A stretch of DNA of 64,000 bases from the human T2T-CHM13v2.0 reference genome, Homo sapiens: the NCBI RefSeq assembly GCF_009914755.1, contig NC_060946.1; one strand, written 5' to 3'. Positions 14,250 through 28,868 of this stretch are shown piece by piece. The notes beneath the pieces are model-generated. The model made no database searches, was not told the DNA's origin, and saw only the letters and a list, made by a program, of their open reading frames with translations. Each line of letters opens with the position of its first letter. Position 1 is the stretch's first letter. The translations under genes were made by a program, and so were the position numbers.

Positions 14250-15560
14250 CTTGGAGGTGAACGATAGTGAATACATCACTTACGAGGTATGTGAAATCAG
14301 GAAGAGCTTTGAGAAAACAGCATAGACTATAAAACCAGAATATGGAAAACAAAAGGCATTAAATATAAGAAAAGCTGAAAACAAATCAACTAAAGACTTT
14401 AGAGAAAAAAACATAGAAAAATATATAACAAAGTAGGTGTTGTGAAAAGACTGATCAAATAAATAGTGTCTTGTGAGATTAATAAAGAGGAAAGAAGATA
14501 AGAAACTATTGGATTTTATTAATAAGGCAATTGAGAGACCAGCTGGTAATGTAGCAGATGTTGGAAAGATAGAAGGAAAAAACTTTGAACAACTTTATAA
14601 GATATACTTGAAAGCCTAAATAAAATAAACCATTTCAAAAAATCAAAACTGACTTAAGAAAAAATAGAAATTCTGACAGTCCTATAAATACTCAATACAT
14701 TTAGTATATACTTATAAACACCAGATCCAGATGGTTTTAGAGGTGAATTCTGTCAACTTTCCAGGAATAGACCATCCTCTACTTATAGGAACTCTTACAA
14801 AGACTAGAAGAGGAATAAATTTGGTCTCCAAATCCTTAAATTAGCTGACTATAACTTTGGTAACAAAATCAAATACACATGCTAAAACTCTATGCAAAAA
14901 TATTCATAGAATAATCCAGTAATCAATTAAAAATTATGTTTGTTTTATCCAAGGAATGCAAGAGTGGAATACATAAGAAAAATATATAATTTTCACTCAC
15001 CAAATTCACTTATTAAATGAGAAAAATCTTACAATTAACATATGCAAAAAAGTATTTCATAAAATCTAATGTTTATCCATTATTTTAAAAACTTGTAAAA
15101 TATAAATAGGATAATACCTTCTTAACCCAATAAATTTAATCTACCAGAAACATGTAGCAAACAGAATCCTTAAAGATGAAATGAAATTTAATCCGTACCA
15201 CACATTATATGCAAAAATAAGTTTCAGATGGGTTAAATGTGAAAGGCAAACCTTAAAATTCTGAGAATACCGTAACATAAAACCATCTCATGGTAGAGAA
15301 CAATTCCGTTAAGCAACCAAGTACGCAAGCACATAAAAACATTAACCATAAAATTAGAAACTGATTGTTTATGTTAAAATGTAAAATACCTGTTCAGCAA
15401 GATGCCATTAGCTTGTGACAAAGTCATAAACTGTATAAAGTTAGAAACGTACAACTAACAAAAGAAGCTATTGATCTGAAACAAAAAAAAATCAATAGAA
15501 AACAGGTAAGTCACTGAACAATACAAAAGGATAACACTCCTGGGGTTTGGCTAGAAGCTC
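14250..15560 (+). mobile_element. Ancient L1M ORF2 remnant
   Basis: A-rich with L1 ORF2 motifs (CACCAGATCCAGATGGTTTTAGAGGTGAATTCT, TTTATCCAAGGAATGCAAG). Confidence 0.75.
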
Positions 15561-16419
15561 GTTTCACAGGTTTTTCTTTTTACCATAATGCCTTGTAGCT
15601 TTCACCCATATGACATATATGATTGTCTATGTGTCCAACATAGAGGAGGTTTATTAACCCGTAGGAATTAAATTCCAGAGTCCATGTGATGCAAAGCTGA
15701 CTCACATCACCCAAGATTCCCTTTCTTGGGGATTGTTTACCGTGCCTTCCATTGGGCAGTCTTCAACCTGAGTCTGTCTTCCTTCTCGGCCACAAGAAGA
15801 TTATCTGTCTTCTCTGTCACAGCTCCTGTGAGACTCACCTCTGACTCCCTTGTTGACCTATGGCCAGACCAGACACAGACCTTTCCCCTTAATGGACCTG
15901 CTGACAAGACTGGACAGGGGCCCTTCCCCTTCCACCCCTAACCAACTCCTCAATGTCTGCCTCATGAGTGACTCACTAGGAACAGAACTTTGTGACCCCA
16001 AAGCCAGCTGGGCACAGAGACAAACATGTCCTATGTTTGTCTGAGTGAGAGAGGGTTTTCCTGCTTAGGAAGCCTCCTGGCTGTGATGTGATATCTGCAG
16101 GCCTGGGTGCTCTTGGCCTGAAGCAAATCCATCCTCTCACTTGTTCGTGTTTTGCCTTTGACATTTCTAGCCTGACTTGAGTGCTTACCAATTTGGAAAA
16201 GTTTGGGGCAACAATGTAAGAATGAAAGGGTGATAACCATTCTGAATTGCTGTGGAGGCTAGAGCACCGTTGATCCACCCCGTCAGCACAGCTTTCGAAA
16301 CAGAAAGTGCTTCCAGGGCGTCAGGCACAGAGGCAGGTGCACGCCCCGTGGGTATCCCTGTCTCCATCCCCGAGGCCCCCACACCTGCAGCAACCCTGAC
16401 GAGCGGCCATGTGCACGTG

Positions 16420-16522
16420 TGTGTGTGTTGGGTGAAGGCAGAGGGCATCGCTCTTGAGTCTTACCTACCCCATTGTGTGTTGGGTGAAGGCAGAGGGCGT
16501 CACTCTTGAGTCCTACCCACCC
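16420..16522. repeat. ~53-bp tandem duplication
   Basis: TGTGTTGGGTGAAGGCAGAGGGC(A/G)TC(G/A)CTCTTGAGTC(T/C)TACC(T/C)ACCC twice. Confidence 0.85.
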
Positions 16523-17719
16523 CGTGATGCAGCACTGGTTCAACAGTTCGCAGAGGAGCTTGCACCAAAAGTCAGGAGAGTGTCTCTGTGTGTGGCCGGG
16601 GCTGGAAATCCCATCCTGGACCCATCTTCCCGCACTACATCAGGAAGGGAGGGGGAGGAGGTCACCAGCGCCTAGAGGCTGCCATCTCTGTCTCCATCAT
16701 GCCCGGGGCTGCTGGTTGGCTGTGGGCAAGATGAATTTTCATTCAAAGATGTCTACTGTGGAATTCATTGATACTTTTGTTTTTTTAGGTAATAAGTATT
16801 TTACAATGGGCCCTATCGTGGAATCTTCATGATGAGCAAATAAAGAGAATATGGGGGCTCAGGGAAGCCCCACGTTCAGGGGTCACCTGGACATTGTTCA
16901 GCGCATCTGTGCCTGTCCCCAGGACTGAGTGTCCGAAGGACTGCCGTCCAACTTAGAATAAAGGGAAAAACGCGGATGCTGGTTTGCAATGGCTGAGACT
17001 TCATACTATCAAAATAATTGTAGAAATGCACAATTTTGCAGGAAGAAAATAATGTTTTTAGAACTAGAGATTTTCAACCTGACTTCCCTGAATCTTCTCT
17101 TTCCCCTTGAATCGGTGTGAGCACACACGTCTCCCATGAGCTCCAGTTCTGGGACACTGGCACAGCTTTAGTTAATTAACAGGAGTGAGTCAGCGAGGTT
17201 GAAAATATGTATTGCAAATCGATGTGAGGAAGAGCTCCAGCTGTCTGAAGGATCGTGGGGCTGTGGATTTTAAAAATGCACCTCTTCATTTGGCTCCTAT
17301 TCCAGTCCAACCTCTTGCAAACTTGAAAACTCGTAAACATGTCATAGAAAGGGTTATTGCAACTGCTAACATAGAGAGACGCCTTCTTCCTGTCGACTGT
17401 CACAGCTGCCAGCCCCTCCCCAAGACAGGGAGCTCTAGAATGAAAGTCTTCCAACACTTCTCCAAGCTGAGCTTCTCAGGGGCGTCTGTGGCTTCCACAT
17501 AGGGTAGGAAGGCTGAGCTTAACGGATAAAGCCTTTCATGATCCGTCCCTGCATCATTTTCTCTCCCGATTCTTCACCAACCATCACCTTCTCTGGAGAC
17601 TTCTGCTAGAATTCCCACCAGGATGCTCCATAGGCTCCCGGCTTCAGCACTGCCCGCCTTCTCCAGCCGCCTAGGCATTGGGTATCTCTACCTCCTCCTC
17701 CTTGAGACCTCCACCCCCA

Positions 17720-17720
<1 letters not shown>

Positions 17721-17768
<48 letters not shown>
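17721..17768. repeat. (CA)n microsatellite
   Basis: ~24 uninterrupted CA units. Confidence 0.97.
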
Positions 17769-17771
<3 letters not shown>

Positions 17772-18182
17772 CTGTTGCTTCCTCCCTGATCCCCAGCTGC
17801 TCAGCACACAGGTCCCTCTCCAAGCTCCCGCTCAGGGCTGTGTGGAGCCCTGGTATCTCAGAGGAGGTGCACTGAATCCTGCCCGCAAAATTGAACAAAG
17901 TGCCAACGAGGAATCAAACATACCTGCAACGTTATCCCAGCGAAAGTCAGAGTTCAAACTTCAATGCTGTGCCAGGCTTTCTCTATGTCTGTGTACCTTA
18001 AAATGCTAAAATGGGACCACGGCGCACCTCCTGGTTTTCAGCTGGGACCCGCCTCACTTGGACCTGGTGACAGAGTGAACTAACTGCTGGGGCTCAGTCT
18101 CCTGACCTCTCCTTGGCTGCCTCAGTTACCCTGCTGCTGATGAGGACGGCAACTTTCTGCTATCACCTGCGGCTCTCTCATG

Positions 18183-18622
18183 CAACGGTCCCCAACTTTT
18201 TGGCACCAGGGACTGGTTTTTTGGAAGACAATTTTCCCACGGATGGAAGTGGGGTGGAGAACGATTTCAGGATGATTCATTTGCTGGGCACTTTATTTCC
18301 ATTATTATTCCACTGTAATATATGATAGAATAATTACACAACTCACCATCATGTAGAATCAGTGGCAGCCCTGAGCTTGTTTTCCTTCAACCAGAGGATC
18401 CCATCTGAGGGTGATGGGAGACAGGGACAGACCATCAGGCATTGGAGCCTCCTGCGCAGTTCACAATAGGGTTCGCCTTCCTACGAGAATCTGATGCTGC
18501 TGTTGATCCGGCAGAAGGTGGAGCTAGGACGGTCATGCTCTCTCGCCCGTCACTCACCTCCCACTACAGGGCCCCGTTCCTAACTGGCCACCGACCGGTA
18601 TGCGTGGGGTTGGGGACCCGTG
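18183..18622 (-). mobile_element. MER1A (hAT-Charlie) DNA transposon
   Basis: TIRs ..GGTCCCCAAC / GTTGGGGACCC; interior CACAACTCACCATCATGTAGAATCAGTGG matches recalled MER1A. Confidence 0.85.
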
Positions 18623-19599
18623 CTCTGACTCATACCTGGCATCACGCACTGTTACAGACCCTTGGAGGGCTGTGGGTGGGGGCTCAACATCTGAAGTGGA
18701 AAAGCCGATTCTCACAGCTCACTGCTTAAGTGTATTATTTTTAACTTTTGATTCACTTTGTTAAACTGGCCTTTAAAATTTTGTTCCAGTTGACATTCCT
18801 ACCCACTATGTATAAAAATATCTTTTTCCCACAGACTTGCGAACATTAAGAAAATCATGTTTAGCGCCTAACGTAGAAGGAAGAAGAAAAACATATGAAA
18901 TGTAGCTTTTCAATTAGTGACACCTTGATCATTTAAATTGCTTACTAGAAATATTTCTTTCATCTTTCTGAGTTTGAAACTTTGTGTAGTTTGACTCTTT
19001 CCCTGATCTTCTCAAGAAAAAGTTAAAATAAATCATGAGAAACATTGAAAGAACTCCTTCTGGGACTTTGGAAGTAAGAATTTCCAGCTTTCTCTGCTGA
19101 TGGAAACTGCCTGAGATGAATTCTGTATCCTGAGGACAATCTAATTTTCCAGCAGAAAGCAAGAGTGTTCATTTCTCTATTCTTCTTCTTAGAAAAAAAA
19201 AATCATTCTAAGCTTTTATTTTAATTCCCTCCAGGAAAACAAAGTGAAAAAAAAACATTGCTTCTGGGCCGTCTGTGTTCCTCCTGCACCCCCCGCCTCC
19301 CGGCTTGGATTGGCAAAGCTACTGAGGCATGAAAATTCGCCCAGCGCCTGCAGAAGTGGCTTCAGCACCAACCCTTGTTAGACGCAGGTGGCTGAGTTTT
19401 AACTTTTAAAATATTCTCTCTGCTTTTTCAAGCATCACATTTTCTCCCAATCACCCACATTGATACGATGTTTGCACCTGAGGCTGAGTCTATGTGTTAT
19501 ATGCCCAGGCTTCCCAGAAAGTCGTCCTCAAATTCTCTATAGATGCAGGTTTGCCTGGGCTGGAAATTGGTGGTCCCATCTTGAGTATGTGTGGTAGGC

Positions 19600-19610
19600 A
19601 TGTATGCAGA

Positions 19611-19648
<38 letters not shown>

Positions 19649-19972
19649 TTATTTTAAGAAACTGGCTTATGCAGTTATGGAGGCTGACAAGGTTGAAATC
19701 TGTAGGGCAGGCCAGTGGGCTGGAGATTTGGGCAGAGCATCTGTGTTAGTCTCGAGGCAGAATTCCATCTCCTCCAGGAAATCTGTTTTGCTCTCAAGGC
19801 CACTAGCTGACCAGGTGAGGTCCCCCACATGCTCAAGGGCCACCCACTTAAGGTCAGCTGTTGTGGCTGTGAAGCATATCTACACAACACCTTCAGAGCA
19901 CTGTCCAAACTGGTGTTTGTGCAAACAACTGGGCACCACAGCGTAGCCAAGCGGACACATAAAATCAGCAGT
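19600..19972 (-). mobile_element. ERVL MLT2 (MLT2D-like) LTR with embedded (TG)n
   Basis: TATTTTAAGAAACTGGCTTATGCAGTTATGGAGGCTGACAAG and AACTGGGCACCACAGCGTAGCCAAG..ACATAAAAT. Confidence 0.75.
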
Positions 19973-19979
19973 CTTATAT

Positions 19980-20275
19980 GGACGTGTGTCCGTGTGTATG
20001 TGTGTGTGCATGTGTGTCTGTGTGTGCATGTGTTCATCCATGTATGTGTGTGCATGTGTGTATGCATGTATGTAATGTGTCCATGTGTGTATGTGCGTAT
20101 GTGTGCATGTGTCCATGTATGTGTGCACGTGCGTCTCTGCACATCTGTGTGCATTTCTATATGTGTAGGTGTGTGTGTGCGTGCATGCATGTGTATGCAT
20201 ATGTGTGTGTCCATGTGTGTATGCATGCATTCATGCATGTGTGCATCTGTGGGTGCACATATACAAGTGTATATA
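19980..20275. repeat. Degenerate (TG/TATG/CATG)n simple repeat
   Basis: Alternating purine-pyrimidine tract. Confidence 0.9.
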
Positions 20276-21310
20276 ATTCTGCCCCAGGTTGGCTGACCTG
20301 GCATTTTCCCTTCATGGTGACTGCAACCTTGTTAGCCATGACTCAGTTCCTTCTGTGAAGAGTGAGAGCTTCATGGCATGAGGCCTGGGACAGGTGTCCC
20401 TGGCTATTCTGCATCCAGTCCATCTTTCTGAAAAACAACATCATGGCAGCGTTGGTCCCGTTCAGGGGCTCACCAGAAGCCTCACTCCAGCTGGGCCACG
20501 AGTGTCAGGACAGGAGGTCCCCATCCAAGCCCCACACTCACCACTGGCCCAGCCTTCTGCAGTGGGTCTGGGGTTGTGGCTCCCAGCCCTGGGGACATCA
20601 GGAGCATGGAGTTCAGCTTCACCAATTCATGCTGGATCTTCTGACTGGGTGTCCACCATTTTCCCTTAGACCCCCCCCACCTACCTGCCGGTACCCCCTA
20701 CTTGGGCCCACACCACAGACTCTGTGTAAATCTGTGCCTCTCTTCCTACCGGGGTGGGGGATCCTTCACCTGACCCACTGCATTGGCCTGAGTAGAATCT
20801 AAGCTCCTGAGCTGTACCCTGTGAAGGCATGCTAGCATCCTCGCCTCAGCCCAAAAACTATCTTCTCAACCAATGAGGAGCCCCTCCCAGCCCCTGGCTC
20901 CTCACAGTTGGTCCTCACCTGGGGCCACCCTCCACATCTCAGAAGCTCCCCGACCCTTCAGTCCAAGCTCTTTCTGTCTCTCAACTTTAACCTCTCACAC
21001 TAAGGGATGGTCCCATCAGGAATAGGGTTTCTTTTGTACCATCCTCTTTAAGATCGATGTAAAAAGAAGGCGTGGAACTTCCAGAAACCCGGGCTGCCTG
21101 CTGGCCCCACCTGCTCCTCTTTGCCACCTCCCTTCACCACTGGCACAGGGAAGCGTGGAGCCGCTGCTGGACCGCTGTGGCTGAGCTTGTCACATGCCAT
21201 GCCTGGTTTCATCACGGAATTCTCAGATAGACATGCGGAGGCTCCATGTTCACTTGCAAATCAGGAAGCTGAGGCTCAGGGTGTATTCAAATGGGGCAAT
21301 ATTTTTATAA

Positions 21311-21966
<656 letters not shown>

Positions 21967-22204
21967 TAACAAGCAATTATGGTAATAGGGACATTCTAAA
22001 ATTATAGGAATTAAGGCAGTGGGGTATGAACTTAGAGACAAAGAGATCCTAACAGAAGCCTCAAAAATAGATCCACACATGCATGGAAACAACATTAGTG
22101 GTGTTATAGAAATATTATGGCTGAGACAATTGACTGAAAAATTTAAAATAAAGAAACAGGTGAATGCAAAACCGTTCATCAGGTCCTGAGGAAGAAACGC
22201 TGTG

Positions 22205-22585
22205 TGTTTGTCACAGCTCCCCTGCTGGGACACAGGGAGACTGCATTTCCCAGCTCTCCTTCCCTCCAACTGGGGGCCACGTGGCTGAGTTTTTGGCTCC
22301 TGGAGCGTAGGTGGAAATGCTTCCCATTCTAACCCTGAGAACGCCTGTTCCACCTCCAGCCTCAGCTCTGGTGACTGTCCTTCGGAGGAACATATTTAAG
22401 ATGGCAGCATGGGGGCCCAGGAGCAGCCTGAATCCCCGAGTCATCACCTGTCTGCAGAGCTCTGAGGGCAGCCCCCAGCCCACACCAGGGTGTGAGACTC
22501 CTGGGAGGTAACATCTCTGCCACTGAGATTCCTGCTGTCCTTTTACTTTCCCCCAGCAACACAGAATATCCTGCCCTGATTAATC
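22205..22585 (+). mobile_element. Old MaLR LTR (MLT1H/J-like) interrupting a sense L1M fragment
   Basis: AGACTGCATTTCCCAGC..GGCCACGTGGCTGAGTT..GCCACTGAGATT motifs; L1-like flanks at 21960-22200 and 22585-22925. Confidence 0.55.
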
Positions 22586-22684
22586 ATACCCCTGCCTCAC
22601 CATCCACAGGAAGCACTTCCAGGTACGTTATGTCCTGGAGTGAAAAAGGAGAACTTGTAAGAATGTAGTAAAAAATACAGTTAT

Positions 22685-22916
<232 letters not shown>

Positions 22917-22967
22917 TTAGAGAAAGTTCTCCTTTTTCAAAATTGTTTCGCTACTCTAGATCCTTGA

Positions 22968-23312
<345 letters not shown>

Positions 23313-24131
23313 TCTATTTCGTTTTTAAAAAGACTATCAGGATAAGTAAATTTGGAAAGAAGAGTTATCTTGCAAATATTTAGTCTCCCAACCCATACAT
23401 GTGCCATACATCTATTCCCATACCTTTAGCTCTTATTTAATTTCACTCAGCAGAGTTTTTTAGCTTTCAGTGTAAACAGCTGGGATAGCTTTCACACAAT
23501 TGATTCCTAAATACATTTTTCCTGCTATTGTAAATGGATTTTTTATTTCACTTTCCAGTTGTTCATTGTTCTTTTACACAATTATGACAATTTTTGCATG
23601 TTGACCTTGTTACTATGCTTATAATTTTTCTGTAGATTTGTTAGAATTTTCTGCATACACAATCATGTCACCTGCAAACAGAGAAAATGTTACTTCTTCT
23701 CTTGCTATATAAATGCATTTTAATTATTGTTCTTGCCTCGATGCTCTCTCTAGAACCTCCAGTGCACTGCTAAATAGGTGTGAGTGAACATTCTTCACTT
23801 TTTCCTGATCTTGAGACAAAACAATTAATGTCACAATATTTGGTGTGGTGTCACTTGTATAATATAGATACATGATTATCTATATACACTATACATCTAT
23901 ACATAGAGATGATTTTCATCAGGAGGAAATTTTGTTCTATCTTATTTGGCTGAGTTTTGTCATGAATAAGTGTTAAATTTTGTCAAATTATTATTCTTCA
24001 TCTATTAATAACATGTTATGGTTTTCTCCTGTATTCTGTTAATAAGTAAATGGCAGTGATTAGTTTTTGAATGTTGAATCCACCTCGCAGGGCCTCCCTT
24101 GGTCCCAGTCTGTTTTTTTATTGTTATAATC

Positions 24132-24245
24132 TTTTTTTAAAAATTATACTTTAAGTTCTGGGGTACATGTGCAGAACATGCAGGTTTGTAACATAGGTAT
24201 ACAAGTGCCGTGGTGGTTTGCTGCACCCATCAATCGTCATCTACA
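24132..24245 (-). mobile_element. L1PA extreme 3'-end fragment
   Basis: TTATACTTTAAGTTCTGGGGTACATGTGCAGAACATGCAGGTTTG. Confidence 0.85.
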
Positions 24246-24414
24246 GTAAGTAGTCTTTATTATGGCTTTGTAGACTGCCAGGTTCTGTTTGCTAATGTTT
24301 TGCAGAGCATTCTTCCACACATATCCACGGAGAACATTTGTCATTTTCTCTTCTCGTTATGACTTTCTTGAGTGTGGTGTCATGGTGTTGCTAACCTCAT
24401 AAAAAGAACTGACT

Positions 24415-24843
<429 letters not shown>

Positions 24844-26042
24844 TTACAATTTATTTCTTTAATAGATAATCAAGCTCTCCAGAACTTATGTTTATTCTTC
24901 AGCCATGTCTTACATTGTTAGACATTTATACAATTTATTAATACTGTCACAGAAATTTTTCTATTGTTGTTTTATTGTATTTTTTCTATTAGTTTTTTTA
25001 CACCATCAACTTATAGCTCATATTTTATCATTGATTTTTTTCACTCCTTTAAGTTGCTTTTCTATCTGCTTATGTTCAAAAGTCAGATTACCAATCTTAA
25101 ATTTTCTTCTTTTCTAATATAAGCAATTAAAGCTATAAGATTTCCTCCAAGCCCGATTTATCTGCATCCCCAAAATGTTACATATGCTCAAGAGATTAAA
25201 AGAAAAGACATCGGAATAATTAGAGAAACCATGGCCTTGAGGAGGACGTGCATGGAGAGGTTCCACAAAGGAAAGCAAACAGCAAAAAACGATCGACTGG
25301 ACTCTTAGATTCTAGCGCCCTGATCCCACCTGGACCTCAGCTTGACCGCCGCCCTTGGCAACTCCTGGGGAGGAGACAGCACCTCCTGTGCTCCCCTCGG
25401 CTCCACCCTTCGGAGGCAGCGACATCCACACAAGTGGAGAAATGGCTCCTTGGGAACCACTTGGCACTGGCAGGAAATTGCATGTTTAGAATAAATGCTA
25501 TATATTAAAGTTACTTAGAAAGTTGTCAGGAGAACGGAGGCCTGAGAGGGGGGTGTTCTGGGGCAGGTGTGCTGTCGCTGGGGCTTGCTATTTCTTTGTT
25601 CCTTGTTTGCCTTTGAGCCCATGTGAAATTCCCGGCGGGGGAAGAGAGGCTGAGCTCCCCGCCTGCCCCTGCCTCAGCACTGGCCCTGGGCTGGCCTCCT
25701 CCAGGTCCCATCCCCAGCCTGCAGCCTACACACTCTGTCTGGGTCCCTCTTCACAAAGCAACCCTGGAAAGGCGGGCACTAGGGAACTCAGCCTCCCAAC
25801 GGCCCCAGGGGCGTGAAGCTGCCTCCATGTGCCTTTAACGTCCATGTCCCAGCCTGACAGACACAGATGCGTACTCCCATTTGTTCTCTAGGTCATAACT
25901 ATAATCACCACTGCTTTGCTAATTAATGCAAATTGCAAGCGTTCCTATTGGAAACAAGCGTTCTGGCTTTTTTCAGTGGCCATCCATCTTCCAGGTTTGC
26001 CTCTGTGACCTCCCAGGGCTGCGGACAATTCTCCCAGGGGGT

Positions 26043-26662
26043 AGCAGCCATCCATCCGCCCTCTCCCTGCCCGGGAGCTGAGGCAGCGACCATCCATCTG
26101 CCCTCTCCCTGCCGGGGAGAGGGAGTTGGGGCAGCGGCTGTCCATCCACCCTCTCCCTGTCTGGGAAGGTCACCAGTACTGCCCCATCATGAGAAATGCC
26201 GGGGAGCTGAGGCAGTGGCCATCCATCCGCCCTCTCCCTGCCGGGAAGCTGAGGCAGTGGCTGTCCATCCACCCTCTCCCTGCTGGGGAAGGTCACCAGT
26301 ACTACTCCATCATGAGAAATGCCAGGGAGCTGAGGCAGCAGCTGTCCATCCACCCTCTCCCTGCTGGGGAAGGTCACCAGTACTGCCCCATCATGAGAAA
26401 TGCCGGGGAGCTGAGGCAGTGGCCGTCCATCCGCCCTCTCCCTGCCGGGAAGCAGAGGCAGTGGCTGTCCATCCACCCTCTCCCTGCTGGGGAAGGTCAC
26501 CAGTACTGCCCCACCATGAGAAATGCCGGGGAGCTGAGGCAGCGGCCGTCCATCCGCCCTCTCCCTGCCGGGAAGCAGAGGCAGTGGCTGTCCATCCGCC
26601 CTCTCCCTGCTGGGGAAGGTCACCAGTACTGCCCCATCATGAGAAATGCCGGGGAGTTGAGA
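26043..26662. repeat. Composite VNTR of 42-bp and 81-bp related units
   Basis: A = CTGAGGCAGTGGCCATCCATCCGCCCTCTCCCTGCCGGGAAG; B = related unit extended by GTCACCAGTACTGCCCCATCATGAGAAATGCCGGGGAG. Confidence 0.93.
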
Positions 26663-27343
26663 GGGTGAAAGCCAATGGGATGGACTTGGGTGGCCTCTCC
26701 ACAGGTGTCCCGCACCTGGGGTCTTGGATCTAAGCGGGGGCACCAGGCCTTCCTCAGTTTCTGTGGATTGGCGCTGCACACAGGGGCTGACATCTCCAAG
26801 GGCTCAGGGCCAGTAGAGGGTGGTGGTTGGTCAGCCACCGTGGGGGAGGACGGAAGACGAAGGCTGGACGAGAATCGTTTTGCAGCTCAGCATCAGGGAA
26901 GAGCTGGCTCCTGCTCGCCCAACCCCCTGCTAGCCTCCTGGCCGTGGGTACGTCCTCAGTCCTCAGCACCGGCCAGGAGTGAGCCGGCGGCACTGCTGGA
27001 GGGCTCAGGGCACAGCTGAGTCCGTGTCATTCTCATCCTCAGAGGTCCTCAGATGAGCCGTTCTCCACGTCTGTGACCATCCTCACGGGGCAGATGAGGA
27101 AGCTGAGACGCAGACCCCAGGACGGATGAGAAAGAATCCAGTTCTTGGCTTTGTGGCTGGCGCACTGGTGTCCTCCAGGCACTTCAGGAAGCCGGAGAAC
27201 AAATCACAAATCCACCTCCCACCTGGATCTGTCCCGGCAACCCTGGTCCTCAGACAGGCTGAGGCGGGCAGAGCTCGCCCGAGGCAGCCTCAGGAAGAGG
27301 GAAACTGGGCACATCCTCCCCAGCCCCGCTCTCTAGGGCAGTG

Positions 27344-27362
27344 TGGCCGCCAGGTGGCACAA
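27344..27362 (+). promoter_or_regulatory. Candidate CTCF binding site
   Basis: TGGCCGCCAGGTGGCACAA closely matches the CTCF core TGGCCACCAGGGGGCGCTA; motif only. Confidence 0.45.
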
Positions 27363-27869
27363 CCGGCTGAAGCTGTCCTCGTCACAGGAGCTTGGAGCCC
27401 CATCCCACAGCCTCCTCACACGTCCCCCATGGGAGCTGCTCCTGTCCTAATAACCTGCACCAATAACCAAGCGAGAACAAGGAGAAGTGACACCTGCAGA
27501 GTGTGCTGAGGGCATCGCACTGGGATGGTCGTCGCCCTTCCGTGAAGTCCCATGGAGGTTCCCATGAGGCGAGCCTGGCGGGTTTGGGATGGTCCCAGAG
27601 TGGAAGGGCTTCTGTGTTTGGGTTTTGTTGGGCTTTGACTGATGACTACAATTCACTCGTTAAAGGCTGAATCTAGAGAAGGGATTCCGGCAAAGCCCAC
27701 GTGCGTTTGGCAGGGCAGCGGGTGGGTCAGTGAAGCCCAGAGGGGCAATGGGTCAGAGGCCTCCACAGCTCTGTGATGTGCTTTTATTTCAGCAACTGTG
27801 TTTTTGTTCCCATGATCTTTCATTGGCTTTTTTCAAAGTTACTTGTTCTTGTTTCGTGGATGGAGTGCA

Positions 27870-28345
<476 letters not shown>

Positions 28346-28767
28346 GAGGCCTTTCCTCCTCGTTCTGGGGGCACCGATTACAATTCCCTTAAGATGCTTC
28401 AGCAGAAATGTCCCGCCTTAAACAGAGGTGCCCAGGGGTATAAATTCCCTTTTTAATTTGATGTGTGCAATTTATCATCGCAGGATTTCTCACAAAACCC
28501 TCGGTCTGTCAAGAACCCCCTTCTTTGCTGTAAGCACAGTCATGTATACGCACCTTACAGGCTTCCGAGAGCTGCCTGTCATGTCAGGAATACAGACATG
28601 GGAGGGAAAGCCTGCAGCGCCCACATGGACTCAAGTCAGGTGACATCAATTCCTTTAGCGGAGTGTCTGCAGGAATTGGCCCCACTGGACACCCTGTGAG
28701 CCCATCTCGCTGAGGCCCAAGCTGACACCGCGTTCAGCATGCCTGGCTTCCAGCAGGTGGACGCCCT

Positions 28768-28868
28768 GTGATCCGTGCTGACTGTGTGACCCGTGCTGTG
28801 TGATCCATGCTGGCCATGTGACCCATGCTGGCCGTGTGACCCATGCTGGCCGTGTGACCCATGCTGGT
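28768..28868. repeat. 18-bp tandem repeat
   Basis: GTGTGACCCATGCTGGCC and variants, ~5 copies. Confidence 0.85.

Noticed and set aside
19675-20358. Overlapping 116-209 aa ORFs
   Set aside because: TG/CA simple repeat plus MLT2 LTR
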